Below the pieces are notes generated by a model. That model did not search any database, was not told the origin of the DNA, and was given only the letters and a program-made list of their open reading frames with translations. 64,000 bases of DNA, from positions 7,068,001-7,132,000 of the forward strand of contig NC_134029.1 of assembly GCF_964204645.1 (NCBI RefSeq), given 5' to 3'. Made by a program: the position numbers and the translations under genes. This document shows, piece after piece, positions 1-11,535 of the stretch (position 1 is its first letter; each line of letters starts with the position of its first letter). Origin of the DNA: Tubulanus polymorphus (Eukaryota > Animalia > Nemertea).

Positions 1-391
1 ACGGTCATGCGATTTAATGACTCCGAGCTAACCAGATCACCAGCACGGAGTAGTTATACTTGAAAAATTCCGACGTGCTATTTCTTTGAGTCTACACATG
101 TGTGACCGGTCACACATACGTATGGAGGTATTAAATCCCTTATCCGTGCTAAAACGACAAATTATTTCGTTTAATCAACATTTATAGGACGTATGTTCGT
201 TAATCGACCAAGTTGTATACATACACGTCTCGCAATGGAAACATTTAGAAAATACGTCCACCTGTCGCGTATATGAGGGTATTTTCTGGTATTCGTGTTT
301 TACCAACTATCCATGGTAAAGACTGTTAAGAAATATACAGTTTAAAGATTTAGATAAAAGATCGGGGAGATAGAGAGATTCGAACTGCGCG

Positions 392-1831
392 ATGAATCCG
401 AAACGAAAATTCGCTTCGAAAAAAATGGGAAAGTCGTTCGGGATTCCGGTATCTTACGAGGACGCTGCTGGATATACGAGCGAAATGGGGGCGTACACGG
501 TGATGCGCATAGCCACGCAGCAGTTGGAATATCACAGAAAAGTGAACATTTTCCGCCAGGAAATGGTACGTAATCTTGTCTCGGTGAAAAAAGAAAAGAA
601 AATACTGCAGAAATCGATGTGTCGTTTCCGAGATAAGAAACGCGAAATTCGGAAGCATCGAAAAGAAAACGCCGAATTTTACGCACATTTCGAGCGTCCG
701 CCGTCACCGATGAACGTAAGAAAACAACGCCAGAAAAAAAGGGAACCGGATGTCCTCGTTACGCAGAATCACGACGTCACAGCGTTGGCTAACGAAGCCG
801 ACGCTGAAGAGAAGGTTTTCAAAATGACGATTCCGAAATTACCTGCCGAAAGCGATAAAATTACTACGGTCGTGATGCCGACAGTGTTCGAAGAAAGGGT
901 CGCGGAGGAAGAAGGATACCGCGATAATGCCCCAAAACCGGATAAGTTGGGAACGAAGCTTCTGGTTGAAGAACCTGAAGTTCTACAAAAAGACGTGCAG
1001 AAAAGTTTAGATCCGAGAAAGGCTTTGTCCGATGCGGATCCGAATCAAGAAACTGTAGTTGACGAAGATCCGAAACCTGAAAATCAGGAAAATGAGAGTG
1101 GCGCTGTTTTGCCTAAGCTGAAAAGCAAGTCTTTAGATATCAACAATCGTGGACAGGTTAGCGGCGATCTTAAGCGAAATACACCGCTAGCGAGTAAAAC
1201 GCACAATAAGCTCATGTCAATGACAGCCGTGGGTAGTAAACTGGCCCGCGAAAGATCACCTTCGAATGAAAATAGCGACAGAACGGCCGAGATTATCGAA
1301 AGAGTACGAAAAAGCATTGAGAAAGTCGACGACTGGAAGAAGAACCGAAACGATACTGATTTATCGTTGAGTCCAACACCTCCACCGGTTGACGCTAGAA
1401 AGCGAAAATCAACGGCACCTTCGTTTAGTTTTACGGATATCATTCGCCTGAAACGTATGAAATCTAAACAACTGCTTATGCAAATGGACAAACTGTTAAC
1501 GCCCAGGGACGAAATCCCGGTGAAATCTAGGAAATCAAAACCAAAAATTCTGCCGCCCCTTCGTCATTCGGACTCGAGCGGAACATTGCAGCAGCAACAA
1601 TCGCAAATGTTACGAACGCCCGACATATTAGAAATGCGAGGAGGTCAGGGCGACATAAGTCCGAGATTTAGAGGTATTCAAGTTCTAAGCCCTATCGGAG
1701 ATAAACTACGCAAAGAGGCGGAATTCGTGATAAACAATGAAATGAAAGAAAGTCAGAAAATGAACAAAATCAGCTGGAAATCGGCAGTAATGGCGATCAG
1801 ATGTGTTAATTCATTTACAAATCTCATGTAA
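392..1831 (+). CDS. Uncharacterised intronless 479-aa protein: basic N-terminal coiled coil, low-complexity middle, C-terminal putative calmodulin-binding helix
   Basis: 1440-nt uninterrupted ORF, far longer than the chance ORFs in this AT-rich window. K/E/R/S/P-rich composition, followed by AT-rich 3'UTR-like sequence. No family recognised. The true start may be a nearby in-frame Met. Confidence 0.8.
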   Translation: MNPKRKFASKKMGKSFGIPVSYEDAAGYTSEMGAYTVMRIATQQLEYHRKVNIFRQEMVRNLVSVKKEKKILQKSMCRFRDKKREIRKHRKENAEFYAHFERPPSPMNVRKQRQKKREPDVLVTQNHDVTALANEADAEEKVFKMTIPKLPAESDKITTVVMPTVFEERVAEEEGYRDNAPKPDKLGTKLLVEEPEVLQKDVQKSLDPRKALSDADPNQETVVDEDPKPENQENESGAVLPKLKSKSLDINNRGQVSGDLKRNTPLASKTHNKLMSMTAVGSKLARERSPSNENSDRTAEIIERVRKSIEKVDDWKKNRNDTDLSLSPTPPPVDARKRKSTAPSFSFTDIIRLKRMKSKQLLMQMDKLLTPRDEIPVKSRKSKPKILPPLRHSDSSGTLQQQQSQMLRTPDILEMRGGQGDISPRFRGIQVLSPIGDKLRKEAEFVINNEMKESQKMNKISWKSAVMAIRCVNSFTNLM

Positions 1832-2251
1832 AATATTATGATGTTATTGTGGTTTAATGTTAAATAATCTATGATTTGAGAGAGTTTATCTACGTTAATT
1901 AAAATGCAATTAAACTGCGTAAGTTTTAAATGAAATCAATACTTATAATCTATATCGAGCGTTTAGAAATAATTTATCAATGTTTCCTGATAGATATGCG
2001 ATGCAAAATAAAATTGATCAGCTATGATGATACTATCAAATCGGAATTGAGTAATTCTTGAAAAGTCCGGATGATCCAACTGAACAATTTTCATGCAATT
2101 TCCTTTTCTTGAAAATAGTTTTGTTGGCACAATTCGTCAATTCCCGCAATGATAACAATACAATGCGGCAGATGTCAGCGATGGGCGACATATTCTAGTT
2201 CTGAGTGCGACCATCGTGGCGCTGTTTGTCGTCTGTCCTCCCGTTTGCGTG

Positions 2252-2259
2252 TGACGTCA
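2252..2259 (+). promoter_or_regulatory. Perfect CRE palindrome TGACGTCA upstream of the Ly6-like gene
   Basis: Exact TGACGTCA about 120 nt upstream of the ATG at 2372. Function is inferred only. Confidence 0.3.
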
Positions 2260-2371
2260 TGTCATCGTACACGGCAATACGCGTAGTGACTAACAATAAT
2301 AGGTGGATACGGCAAAACAAATTCCGCCTTAGAACATTGAATTTGGAATGCTTTCGCACAATAGTTAAACG

Positions 2372-2429
2372 ATGAATTCCACGCAGATTTTAAGCCGACT
2401 TTTTGCAGTTCTAACCGTCATAATCACAG
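2372..2429 (+). CDS. Ly6/three-finger (quiver/sleepless-like) protein, exon 1 (signal peptide)
   Basis: Translates as MNSTQILSRLFAVLTVIIT, then G|gtatgt donor at 2430 (phase 1), which matches the acceptor of the 4017 exon. Confidence 0.8.
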
Positions 2430-3026
2430 GTATGTCTTCGCGAAATAACCGATGGATTTAGTTGTGAATATTTGCTTCGCATTCGCCCATTGTTATTGTC
2501 AACCAATATGGTGGATTCGGAACCTATTCACATGGAAATATGGGTCAGGGCATATCACACACGGCCTAGCTCACGGCACAATTCGTTTGGGAAATTTCCA
2601 AGACACGTACATATCAAGATATCATTTCGTCGAATAAGGAAAGAAAAAAGAAATAGAAAGAAACGATCACTTCATAAGACAGATCTATATATTTATTTCG
2701 TAAATATAATATTTACAATATAGATACTAGTGTCACAGAAACAATCCAGGTTAGCTACAGAGTAACACACTATATACAACACATGGTTAGACTTGAAATT
2801 TTGTTTTCTATGACAAGGAAGATTCTCTCTCCGCGGGCTCGTATCATCGCAGTTAATATTGTAGGTACTGTAGAACCGATAATCTGTTAATCCAGTGTCC
2901 ATACTGAATTAACAGATTCGTTTTTCAGTATCTACAACCCCTGTGGTTCTCTCGCACGAAATGTATGCAGTGTATACCTGTTCGCAATTACTCCTCAATA
3001 GATGATTATAAATCAATTAAAAACTA

Positions 3027-3149
3027 GGAGCCGGTTCCATAGTCGAAACCCAAATCCCAAAGTGGTCTTAAATCTTAAGACGGGTAGTAACTTGTTAGAT
3101 TGGCTATATAACTAAGTTGGTCTTGAGGCCTTGACTGTTGAAGCGGCCC
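3027..3149. mobile_element. Decayed Harbinger-like MITE (GGGCCAGTTGCA-TIR family) in Ly6 intron 1
   Basis: Internal sequence aagtggtcttaaatcttaagac...ttgttagattggctatataactaagttggtctt matches the copies at 27720-27826 and 60058-60415. Confidence 0.65.
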
Positions 3150-4016
3150 ATATTCTTAAATTAACTGTTACACAAGTTGATGTGTTGCCAATTATGTATT
3201 GTTAAGTGTATTAATTAACTCAATCACCTGAAGATAATTAACAAACACTTTATTATGCATGCACGATATGCCAGTAAATAAAGCACGAAAACGTGATTAT
3301 CCAAGTATATTCATCGGTCAGCGATTTTCCATAAAAACACGATCAGCTCGCGCGTTATTTATGATTCTGTCGTGTTGAGGAGGTTTAACGGCACACATTT
3401 TCTTAATTTAGGCTGCATTGAAATGAAGTTTGATATCTTTATTTACTAAAACTGGCGACATTGGAAAAAAATCTTGGTGTTTTATTCGGTGGACGAACAT
3501 ACATATCTGTACCGGTATACATATAGTAACCGAAACTTCCACGACCTGAAATTTCAATTGATTGTGCAAATATTTACACATATTTAGTAATGTTCTATTT
3601 ACATATATCTGCTGTCGTTTAGCTGAAAGGTCGCGGTTTTCTGATAAACGAAAACATAAATCAGAATACATAACGTCCATTGATATGGTATCACATATAG
3701 TTTCGTGATACGCATATAACGATTTCTTACGGGTTTTGGCAAGTTTGGGAAAATGGAGATTTTTTCAGGCCCTGGAAAAGCTATGTAAATCATATGATAA
3801 TTCTTTATCTGTGGCTATGGGAAATAATAAGATGGTTTCGAGACCTCTATATCAGAAAAAGTTGAGAATAACTTGGGGTAAGGTATCGAAAATGAAATAG
3901 GTTAACCCGCAAGGATCCTGATATAATTGTGTATTTCCTGAAAAATTTCGGTTAGTTCGGTTTAAAATTCCGTACGCAGTTCAAAATAGAACAGTATCTA
4001 TATTTTCTCGTTGCAG

Positions 4017-4321
4017 CCTGCAGTGCTCAGTTATATAAACCTCTGAAATGTTACGTTTGCGTGCACGCCGACGGGGCCCACGACGGAGCGCCGTACAATC
4101 CTGACGGTTTGTTGAAAAGTTTTCCATCGAGACCCGGTTTCGATTTTTCGAAATTCGTCCCGCACAAGTTTAGCCAAAGATGCAGCGAGATTTATCAGAT
4201 CGACCCGCGCTATCTGAGCGGTAGACAGTGGACCGGAGCGCCCATCCAATCTTACTGGCCTCAGTTCGAGACAGAGTGTGAAACTGCCTATGACGGATTA
4301 GTAATGAAAGGCTTTTGCATG
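4017..4321 (+). CDS. Ly6/three-finger protein, exon 2
   Basis: Acceptor ttttctcgttgcag| at 4016. Reads (A)CSAQLYKPLKCYVC...QRC...TEC...GFCM, then donor |gtaagt at 4322. LKCYxC is the typical LU-domain start. Confidence 0.85.
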
Positions 4322-4499
4322 GTAAGTTTCACGTAAAAACATCTCATTTCACCAAAATGATTTTCATCATATTCGCGACAGATACATTTTGTTTAATGGT
4401 CGTTTCTTTGTGTATTGCGCATTATGACTCCCCTACCTGGGCGATAATACAAATGTTTTCAGGATATATGTTATATTTGCAATCTTTCATTTTTTTCAG

Positions 4500-4730
4500 A
4501 AAAAGGAATTGTATGTCGGTAACAACAAGATGATTATTAGATATTGTCAGCCATTTTTGGACGGCATGTGCCCGTACGACACGTGGGATAGAGAAAGTCA
4601 GACGACATGCTGCAAGGACCGTCCGCGTTGTAACCGATCATCCTCACTTCCGTCCGCAATCAATTGGTTAATGGTGATCACGTGCTCGTTAATCTCGTTG
4701 TTGACTTTAAAATCACGGACAGATTTTTAA
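4500..4730 (+). CDS. Ly6/three-finger protein, exon 3 (CC...CN motif and GPI-type tail)
   Basis: Acceptor ttttttcag| at 4499, phase 0. Reads KKELY...IIRYC...GMC...TCCKDRPRCN-RSSS, then a hydrophobic tail WLMVITCSLISLLTL. Spliced product is 197 aa with the 10-Cys LU pattern. Confidence 0.85.
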   Translation, partial: KKELYVGNNKMIIRYCQPFLDGMCPYDTWDRESQTTCCKDRPRCNRSSSLPSAINWLMVITCSLISLLTLKSRTDF

Positions 4731-5456
4731 AACCGTCCGCCACAACTCATTCAGCACATCATAAGTTATTCTGTGTATATAGTCGGGGTTTGAAATCAGC
4801 GAATCATTTTTGGGGTGTTGTCAATTGTGCATTTTCTGTAAAGAAAGACCCGAGTCTATCGCATTGTGGGAATAACGTTTGGCTAGATCCCGAAATCTTA
4901 TTCAGTTAGCTGGGGTCTTATCTAAGTAAAATTTGGAAACTGGTAAACTTATAGTATACGGGCTTTCTAGATCAAACAAAAGCTTTAATACACGGTATTC
5001 TCATTTGATGCATTGAAATTTTAATATATACGGAATATATAAAAGCTTTGAATTAAGTATTGCGTTGTATATATATATTTAGAATACTTCTGCTGGGGTA
5101 AACCACAGGCAAATTATTGTAATCTAATCGATTTTGTTAAAATATACTAGACCGATTTTTTCAACGAGTCCATCCTTAGAAAATTAGTTCACCATCATGT
5201 ATACATGTGTCCAGCGGAGTGTATACAATATGACAAAATTTTTGATCATGTTAATTTGAAAGTAGGATGTATTTATTTAGAAATCCAAAAGCGAATTATC
5301 ATAACGACTCCATCCTTTGTAAATCCGTCACGTTTTTATATGCTGTCCTATTATCTATAATGTATGTGTAAATCAATCGGTTTTGATTATGAATAAATTC
5401 ATATACTTTTTTGAAACGGGTGTCTCTATCGGTGACTGGGAAACTGTGGAAAAATC

Positions 5457-5469
5457 CCACCAGATGGCG
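5457..5469 (+). promoter_or_regulatory. CTCF-consensus motif CCACCAGATGGCG
   Basis: Matches the CTCF core CCASYAGRKGGCR exactly. Lies between the Ly6-like gene and the Phox2 upstream region. Confidence 0.4.
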
Positions 5470-6961
5470 ATCGATTGAACGCGACGAAATGGCGTTCATT
5501 CATATCTGTTTGTTCTTCTTCGTCCTTCAATCATATTCACGCCTAGAAATAAGGACCAATCTAATAAGTTTTTACAAGTTTAACTCACTATATACAGTCA
5601 GAATTTAAAAGATTAAAAACGAATTCAAGGCTAAAATTTAAAGATATACACGACGCGTATCATGATCCCTAGTGAGAGTTGGAATCGTTGTGTATTTTTA
5701 TTTTAATTCTTATCTTGATTAATAAAATTCGTTTTTCATCTTATGAATTTTGTATATAAAGGGTTTGAAACTTATTATCTGTTCGCGCTGCGTTAGATTG
5801 TGGCTATTCTACCAGTGACCAACGTACAACGCCGTCTTAGCAGGATACATGTCACGAGAACTATCATCCATCGCGACGACCACGATTAGGTTCGAATCCC
5901 TAATATTTACTGTCCAGACGCATGATCAACCCGTAACGTTTGACCGTTTCAGTGAGTTTCGCTGTTCACGTGCGAACGGATGTATCCAGACATTTGGTCC
6001 ATGAAAAATTCGATAACTCCGTGTTTGAGTGCGGTAAACACAGCTCCTCATCAGTATCCAGCGTCGTGGTCGCACCATTTTGTTCTCCGTGCCCTGCAAT
6101 GAGTAATTGATAATTACCAGTTATGACAAATCATACCGCCCATCTGTGTGCGATTAAAACTGAAAGGGACACTGATCATTTGACAGTCGTGGACAAATCC
6201 CCGAATCCCAGTGCTAATCTCTAAATAACGATTAATGATTAAAACCAATTGTCCCATTTACCAGATTAAATTCAGAGCCTGGGGAGATTACGATGCTTAC
6301 GCAAGGGTGCACGGCGGAAACCGCTATTTTACGTTTAGAGAGCAGACGTAATCGTGCGCTTCACACTTCGGCCGGTGTCGTCGTGCGCCGCGCACGCGCA
6401 CGTGTTTGCATCTTTTGATGCCGGGCAGCCGACAACAATGGCCGATCGAGTGTAATTATTCTTTCTCGCCGTCCTCAAATCGCTTACTTTCTAATCATAA
6501 TTTCTGTAATTATGATTAGACGAGTTTCAAGGGAAATCAAAGGTAATAAATCGGGAACGTTCGGCTGACGACGCTGGAGGCGGTGCGCGTTGTTTTCCTC
6601 GCCAGATTGGATGGTCGTTTAACGTCCGATAGAGCAAATGAAACGTGATACGACAACGGTATAGACCATTGAAACGGTACCGACACGCGTTTGTTCCACC
6701 AGACCGGTTTCTGGTGATCGACGCGAAATGACACGTACTCCCACAGGTCAAACCAATTACGAAATCTACCGATATTAAGAAATTAACGCAACCGATGTCG
6801 TTTGCGTAATTTCCTTGGTTACTAAAATGTTCCCGATCGGGAGGGTCAACTTTCTTGATTCCTATCTCAATAACTCTACGAGTATGGCAACGGGACTTTG
6901 TCTGATAGCCTGATGAATTCGAACATAGAAGTGCTCACTACACTTCTATGATTCGAGTTAC

Positions 6962-7315
6962 TTCTTTGACGCGTAAAACCGTAACAATAATGTTTATATA
7001 CCTTGATAACTAGTATCCATTATTTAAGGGGTTCCGTGTAAGTCGATGTGCACTACGTCATCAAAATAACAATTACAATTGTGAATGTTGGCGTTTATTT
7101 TGTAACTAAATATTTCATAACTCAATTTTATATATGATGAATTTTAGTAATTATTTTTTGAGAGGATGTGCACTACGTCATCAACATATCAGAGCTAGAC
7201 TGGTTGCCGTTCAATCCAATTATTAATATATTCATATCCAATATAACTTTATCGGCCCTTAGTATTGTCGACAATAATTTCAATATACGTCTTATTTTTC
7301 AAAGCGTCAATAAAC
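6962..7315 (+). repeat. Diverged ~350-bp direct repeat, copy 1 (copy 2 at 11161-11535)
   Basis: Collinear shared blocks, e.g. acaataatgtttata, tatttaagggg, gatgtgcactacgtcatcaa (twice), gctaga.tggttgccg.tcaat, gtcgacaat, ttatttttcaa.gcgt. Confidence 0.8.
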
Positions 7316-7776
7316 TTACAAGTTATTTTTCTTGTTAACCCTCATTCATTTTCAACAAACGAAAGAAACATCTTTGTAGCTGGTGAACAAGCCATTCTCC
7401 AACCAAATCCTTTCAAGATCAACGGGGTTATATATTTTCGGACCTTTGTATATACGTCATTTGTATTTATTGCGGATGTGTTGGTGATATACGGAAAGTT
7501 CGCTTAGGAATTGAAGTTACGTGGTCAGTTCGCCGGAAGATATCAGGGCTGCCAAACTGGTACATTAATCTTCGACATGATGCAAGTTACAATTATCGAA
7601 GGAAGACATGGCTACAGGGAAATGTCGGATTCAGTAATCAATTTATATATATTAATGTATCTCGCCGCCGTGCTCAGATTGACCGTCATTCTGCGAGGTT
7701 ATATTGACATCTCTCCGGCTTTGATCAATTCCAATTCCAAAAGGTAGATTAAAACGGGCGATGTACATCAACATCC

Positions 7777-7923
7777 GAGAGAGGGAGAGGGAGAGGGAGA
7801 GGGAGAGGGAGAGGGAGAGGGAGAGGGAGAGGGAGAGGGAGAGGGAGAGGGAGAGGGAGAGGGAGAGGGAGAGGGAGAGGGAGAGGGAGAGGGAGAGGGA
7901 GAGGGAGAGGGAGAGGGAGAGGG
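7777..7923 (+). repeat. (GAGAGG)n hexanucleotide microsatellite, about 24 units
   Basis: Pure purine tract seen directly. It explains the spurious ER, LP and SP repeat ORFs. Confidence 0.98.
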
Positions 7924-9528
7924 TTCACTACATAATATTGCACACACATACTCACAATGCATAGACATACAAATATGTAATGTGATTTGAATATGGCAAC
8001 AAGGCAGCTATCTAGTATTTTGAAGCTGCAGAAAGGAGGCGCAAGAATCGTGATTGCCGTAATTTCGTTGTATAGGCGCAATCGTCTTCGTTTTCTGGAA
8101 TTTTTGTTGACTTGCGTTAATTGCAAGGACGGGGGACCTAATGATTGCTATTGTGTTTGGATGGGTCAGTGTTATCAATCTTCAAGCTACACTCGCTCTT
8201 TCCTTTCAATGCAGGTAATTCATTTAATGCGTCACTCAATCGAGAAACTAATTGTCGTAATTCGGTTAACATTAGATGTAATTCTCTCGGCAAACATTTG
8301 TCGATGACTCGGTTGGATTGGCAGGCGAGCGCAGACGCTCATTTTGATATCATTTTAATCTTGTTAATTGCACTACGGAGCCGCGCTGAGCAGTGTTTCC
8401 CCGCTCAATCTCCAGATTAGAAAAAATGGCCCCGAGTTCTCTTCGCTCGCTTTCGTGCCGCGCTAATCAAATTTGCCGAACAATGTTTGTCGTTTTGCAA
8501 TCCATCAATACAGCGCGCGCAATCCGTGTAAGGAGACACAGCAAAGGACCGCTTCCTTATTCGACAGTAAATGCGTCATGGAATAAGAATCTTTTATTGT
8601 ATTCGTCGATGGATTTTTCACCCTCGAAGGCAGCGCGACGTTTCTATTCTTTATCCACTTCATCACAGAACTATTTTGCGGTTGCGGCTTTTAAAGATGG
8701 ACGTTTTCAAAACAGGCGAGAGGCTTTCTTGCGTATCATCATTCGTTCCTCGAGACGTTCTCTGCAAAACGCCGGTGATAATCAAAGGGGGTTTATTTGT
8801 AACAATGCCAAGATGGTTTTATTTATCTTCGACAGACGCGGACACTTCGAACAAGACGTTGAAGTGCCCATCGAAACGCCGCGATAATAAATTAATTGGT
8901 TCGAGTGCGAACTTAGCTGCCGGCTCTGATTAATTAAAGCGACACAGTCAAGCAGACCAGGAGAAAGTGAAGACACAACAACATATTCCCTATTACTGAC
9001 ACCTTCCGATCCTTTCTGCTGCTCTATTGTCATTATTATATTTTCCTCGGGGCAAATGACTTTCGCGTCTCAATCTTTAATCAACGAATTATAAATATCT
9101 CGGTTAGGACTGCGTTTAATCCGTGATGTTTGCAGTTGGGGTAATCGAGTCAATATCTATACCCTTCTGAGAGTCCTGGTCCATCTGGATTTCGTCCGCT
9201 CCCCCTAATGTACGTCCCCTGTCCTCAACTCTCAGCAGCCTACTTAAAATTTAGGCTAAAAACTGTTAACATATTTCTCTATAATCTTCCTGGTCACTTT
9301 TGTAAGATCCTAGATCTGGCTTCCGTGATGTTTATAAAACGTCACTCCCACAGAGTAAAAATAAGATCCCGTTCTAAAATTCAACTATAGGCAGGTTTAA
9401 ACTATGGAATTGGCTACGGAATCACACATGGAAAGCCCTTGTATCCTGGTGTAATTTATGTGTGAACTTCCTCGCAGCAATCTTCCATTGGTTATCGAGA
9501 CATGTACATAATTTATTTAGAAACGCGA

Positions 9529-9542
9529 GTTACCATGGATAC
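9529..9542 (-). promoter_or_regulatory. RFX X-box motif GTATCCATGGTAAC
   Basis: Exact match to GTHNYYATRRNAAC on the minus strand, about 4.8 kb upstream of the Phox2 ATG. Confidence 0.3.
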
Positions 9543-11160
9543 GACACTAATTGACAAACATATCCGAGCGAAGAATGTTGACGCTTCACAGTTTCACATG
9601 ATACAATCCTGTAAAAGTATCACTCTGGTTCAAGCAATTTTTTTTCAAAATCAAGAACAAAATGTCCATTTTAAAACTTCAGGGTGATTCTAGCAGTATA
9701 TTTTGAAAGAAGAGAATTATTCACGATGTTTTAGGATGATGTCTAGGATGTTTGCTTATAACACGTATGCATTTCATGTAGACATGTACCCAACCACAAC
9801 ATGGTAGAAGGTTTGCTTTGAACGCAATGATCTAAAATGCCCATTTCACCAACTCAAATCATGTGCCAAAATGAAGACTGGCACATTGAAGTACCACATT
9901 GACTCTCAGCGGGAAATAGTGTAATCTCTAAGTTTTTATGATTAAGGATAAAATCCTTAGGTATTGAGTTTAACCTTGGTTTGTTTCAATCAGCGACTAT
10001 TTTCATATAGTCCAAGTGCAAGTTGGTAAATGATCTATTTGTCACCCCTTGTATGACCGGTTTTGCGTCCTTAAGCATCAGTAATTTTTTGAAATCCAAT
10101 AGTATGAAGTTTACATCCAGTGGCTTCATTATAGGACAGATTAATGGAATTACATAACTCCGTATTTCTATTAGAACAGATTAGATCAGAGTTACATTTT
10201 TCAGGACACCCTGTATACGTTTAGATCTGTAAAGTCCACAGCCGCAAAGTCATTGATAATATACAAACTCGTTTATATATAATCTCCAAAAAACCCAGGC
10301 CAAAATAAGAGAAACCCCGATTCCTAAGCGCAAGACTTCTGTAGAAATTACGAAAAATCTCATTCAGACAAATAAGTATCTAGAATATAGTATCCGACAC
10401 CTAATAAAGTGGTGATATATTTCCGCAATTTTTGAAAATGCGCGGAACAACTCGTTTCAGTGGAATATTAAAGCAGTTTGTGATGATGACAACGTTAAAA
10501 CGACCGTATAACGCATAAAGCCTTCCAGCTCGCCAACCGTACCGTCGCAAAAAGGCCGCCAAGATTTCCCAGGCGGCAACGCTGATTCGATTACATACCA
10601 ATTTGCTACAATATGAAAATGATTAGTATCCAGTCAGAGGGAACATCGCGCATCTTTCACCCCATCAAAGATGGATCCATCTAACTTGATTATTTCCAGT
10701 ATATAATTGATTTTTGAGAGATGTTGGGTACGCCGCTTCTATCCGTTGATTACTTTGTGAGCAGTCGACCGTGTAAAATATCTAAATGAAACTTGAATTG
10801 CAGCCACCTCCACCCCCTAAACCCATGAATTGATTGCTTCTAGTATATTCCCTTTTAAAATCTTTGGTTTTATCTAGCATGACTGCGGCGATTCAGAATT
10901 TTGTCTACAGGGCAAGAAAACTTGTTTAAGGTATATTCATTGTCATTCAAGAAATGTCTTCAGCTTGAAGAATTCAAAGTATATACAATGTAATATCTAA
11001 TGCACGAGCAACCAGAATCTTTTGACTTTTTTTCTAAATCGTTGAAGTGAAAATAATCTGCTTTTGACGCACCGTTAACACCATAGCTGTATTCGAAAAT
11101 AAAGAAGAGGTACGCTAGAGTTAAAATCCGGCGATAATCATGTAATGCAAATAAGCAAAT

Positions 11161-11535
11161 CTTTTTGACGCCGTAAAAAACGTTACAATAATGTTTATAA
11201 TGATACCTATTTAAGGGGTGAGTCGATGTGCACTACGTTATCAAAATTGGCGTTTCTAAATAACAATTACAATATTTTTAGTTGAGGCGTTTTTTGTAAT
11301 CAAATACATCTCATGACTCTTGATTTCTTTTTGATAGATTCTAATAGTTATTTTTGAGAGGATATGCACTACGTCATCAATATATCGGGGCTAGAATGGT
11401 TGCCGGTCAATTCAATTCAATTATCGATATACTCAAATCCAAAATGTATTTATTGATCCAATATATTTCGTATATTATTTTATAGTCGACAATTTCACGC
11501 AATATATATGTTATTTTTCAAGGCGTTAACTAACT
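11161..11535 (+). repeat. Diverged ~350-bp direct repeat, copy 2
   Basis: Collinear with 6962-7315. Confidence 0.8.

Noticed and set aside
342-1491. Minus-strand ORFs overlapping the 479-aa gene
   Set aside because: Antisense shadows of the real coding sequence.
5800-5910. tRNA gene suggested by GGTTCGAATCCC
   Set aside because: No acceptor stem, D-arm or cloverleaf could be built. It is only an isolated B-box.
7749-8126. ORFs with ER, LP and SP dipeptide runs
   Set aside because: Translation artefacts of the (GAGAGG)n microsatellite.
8393-8933. 164-aa and 120-aa overlapping ORFs
   Set aside because: Non-ATG or weak starts, no recognisable domain or splice context; likely GC-richer regulatory DNA.
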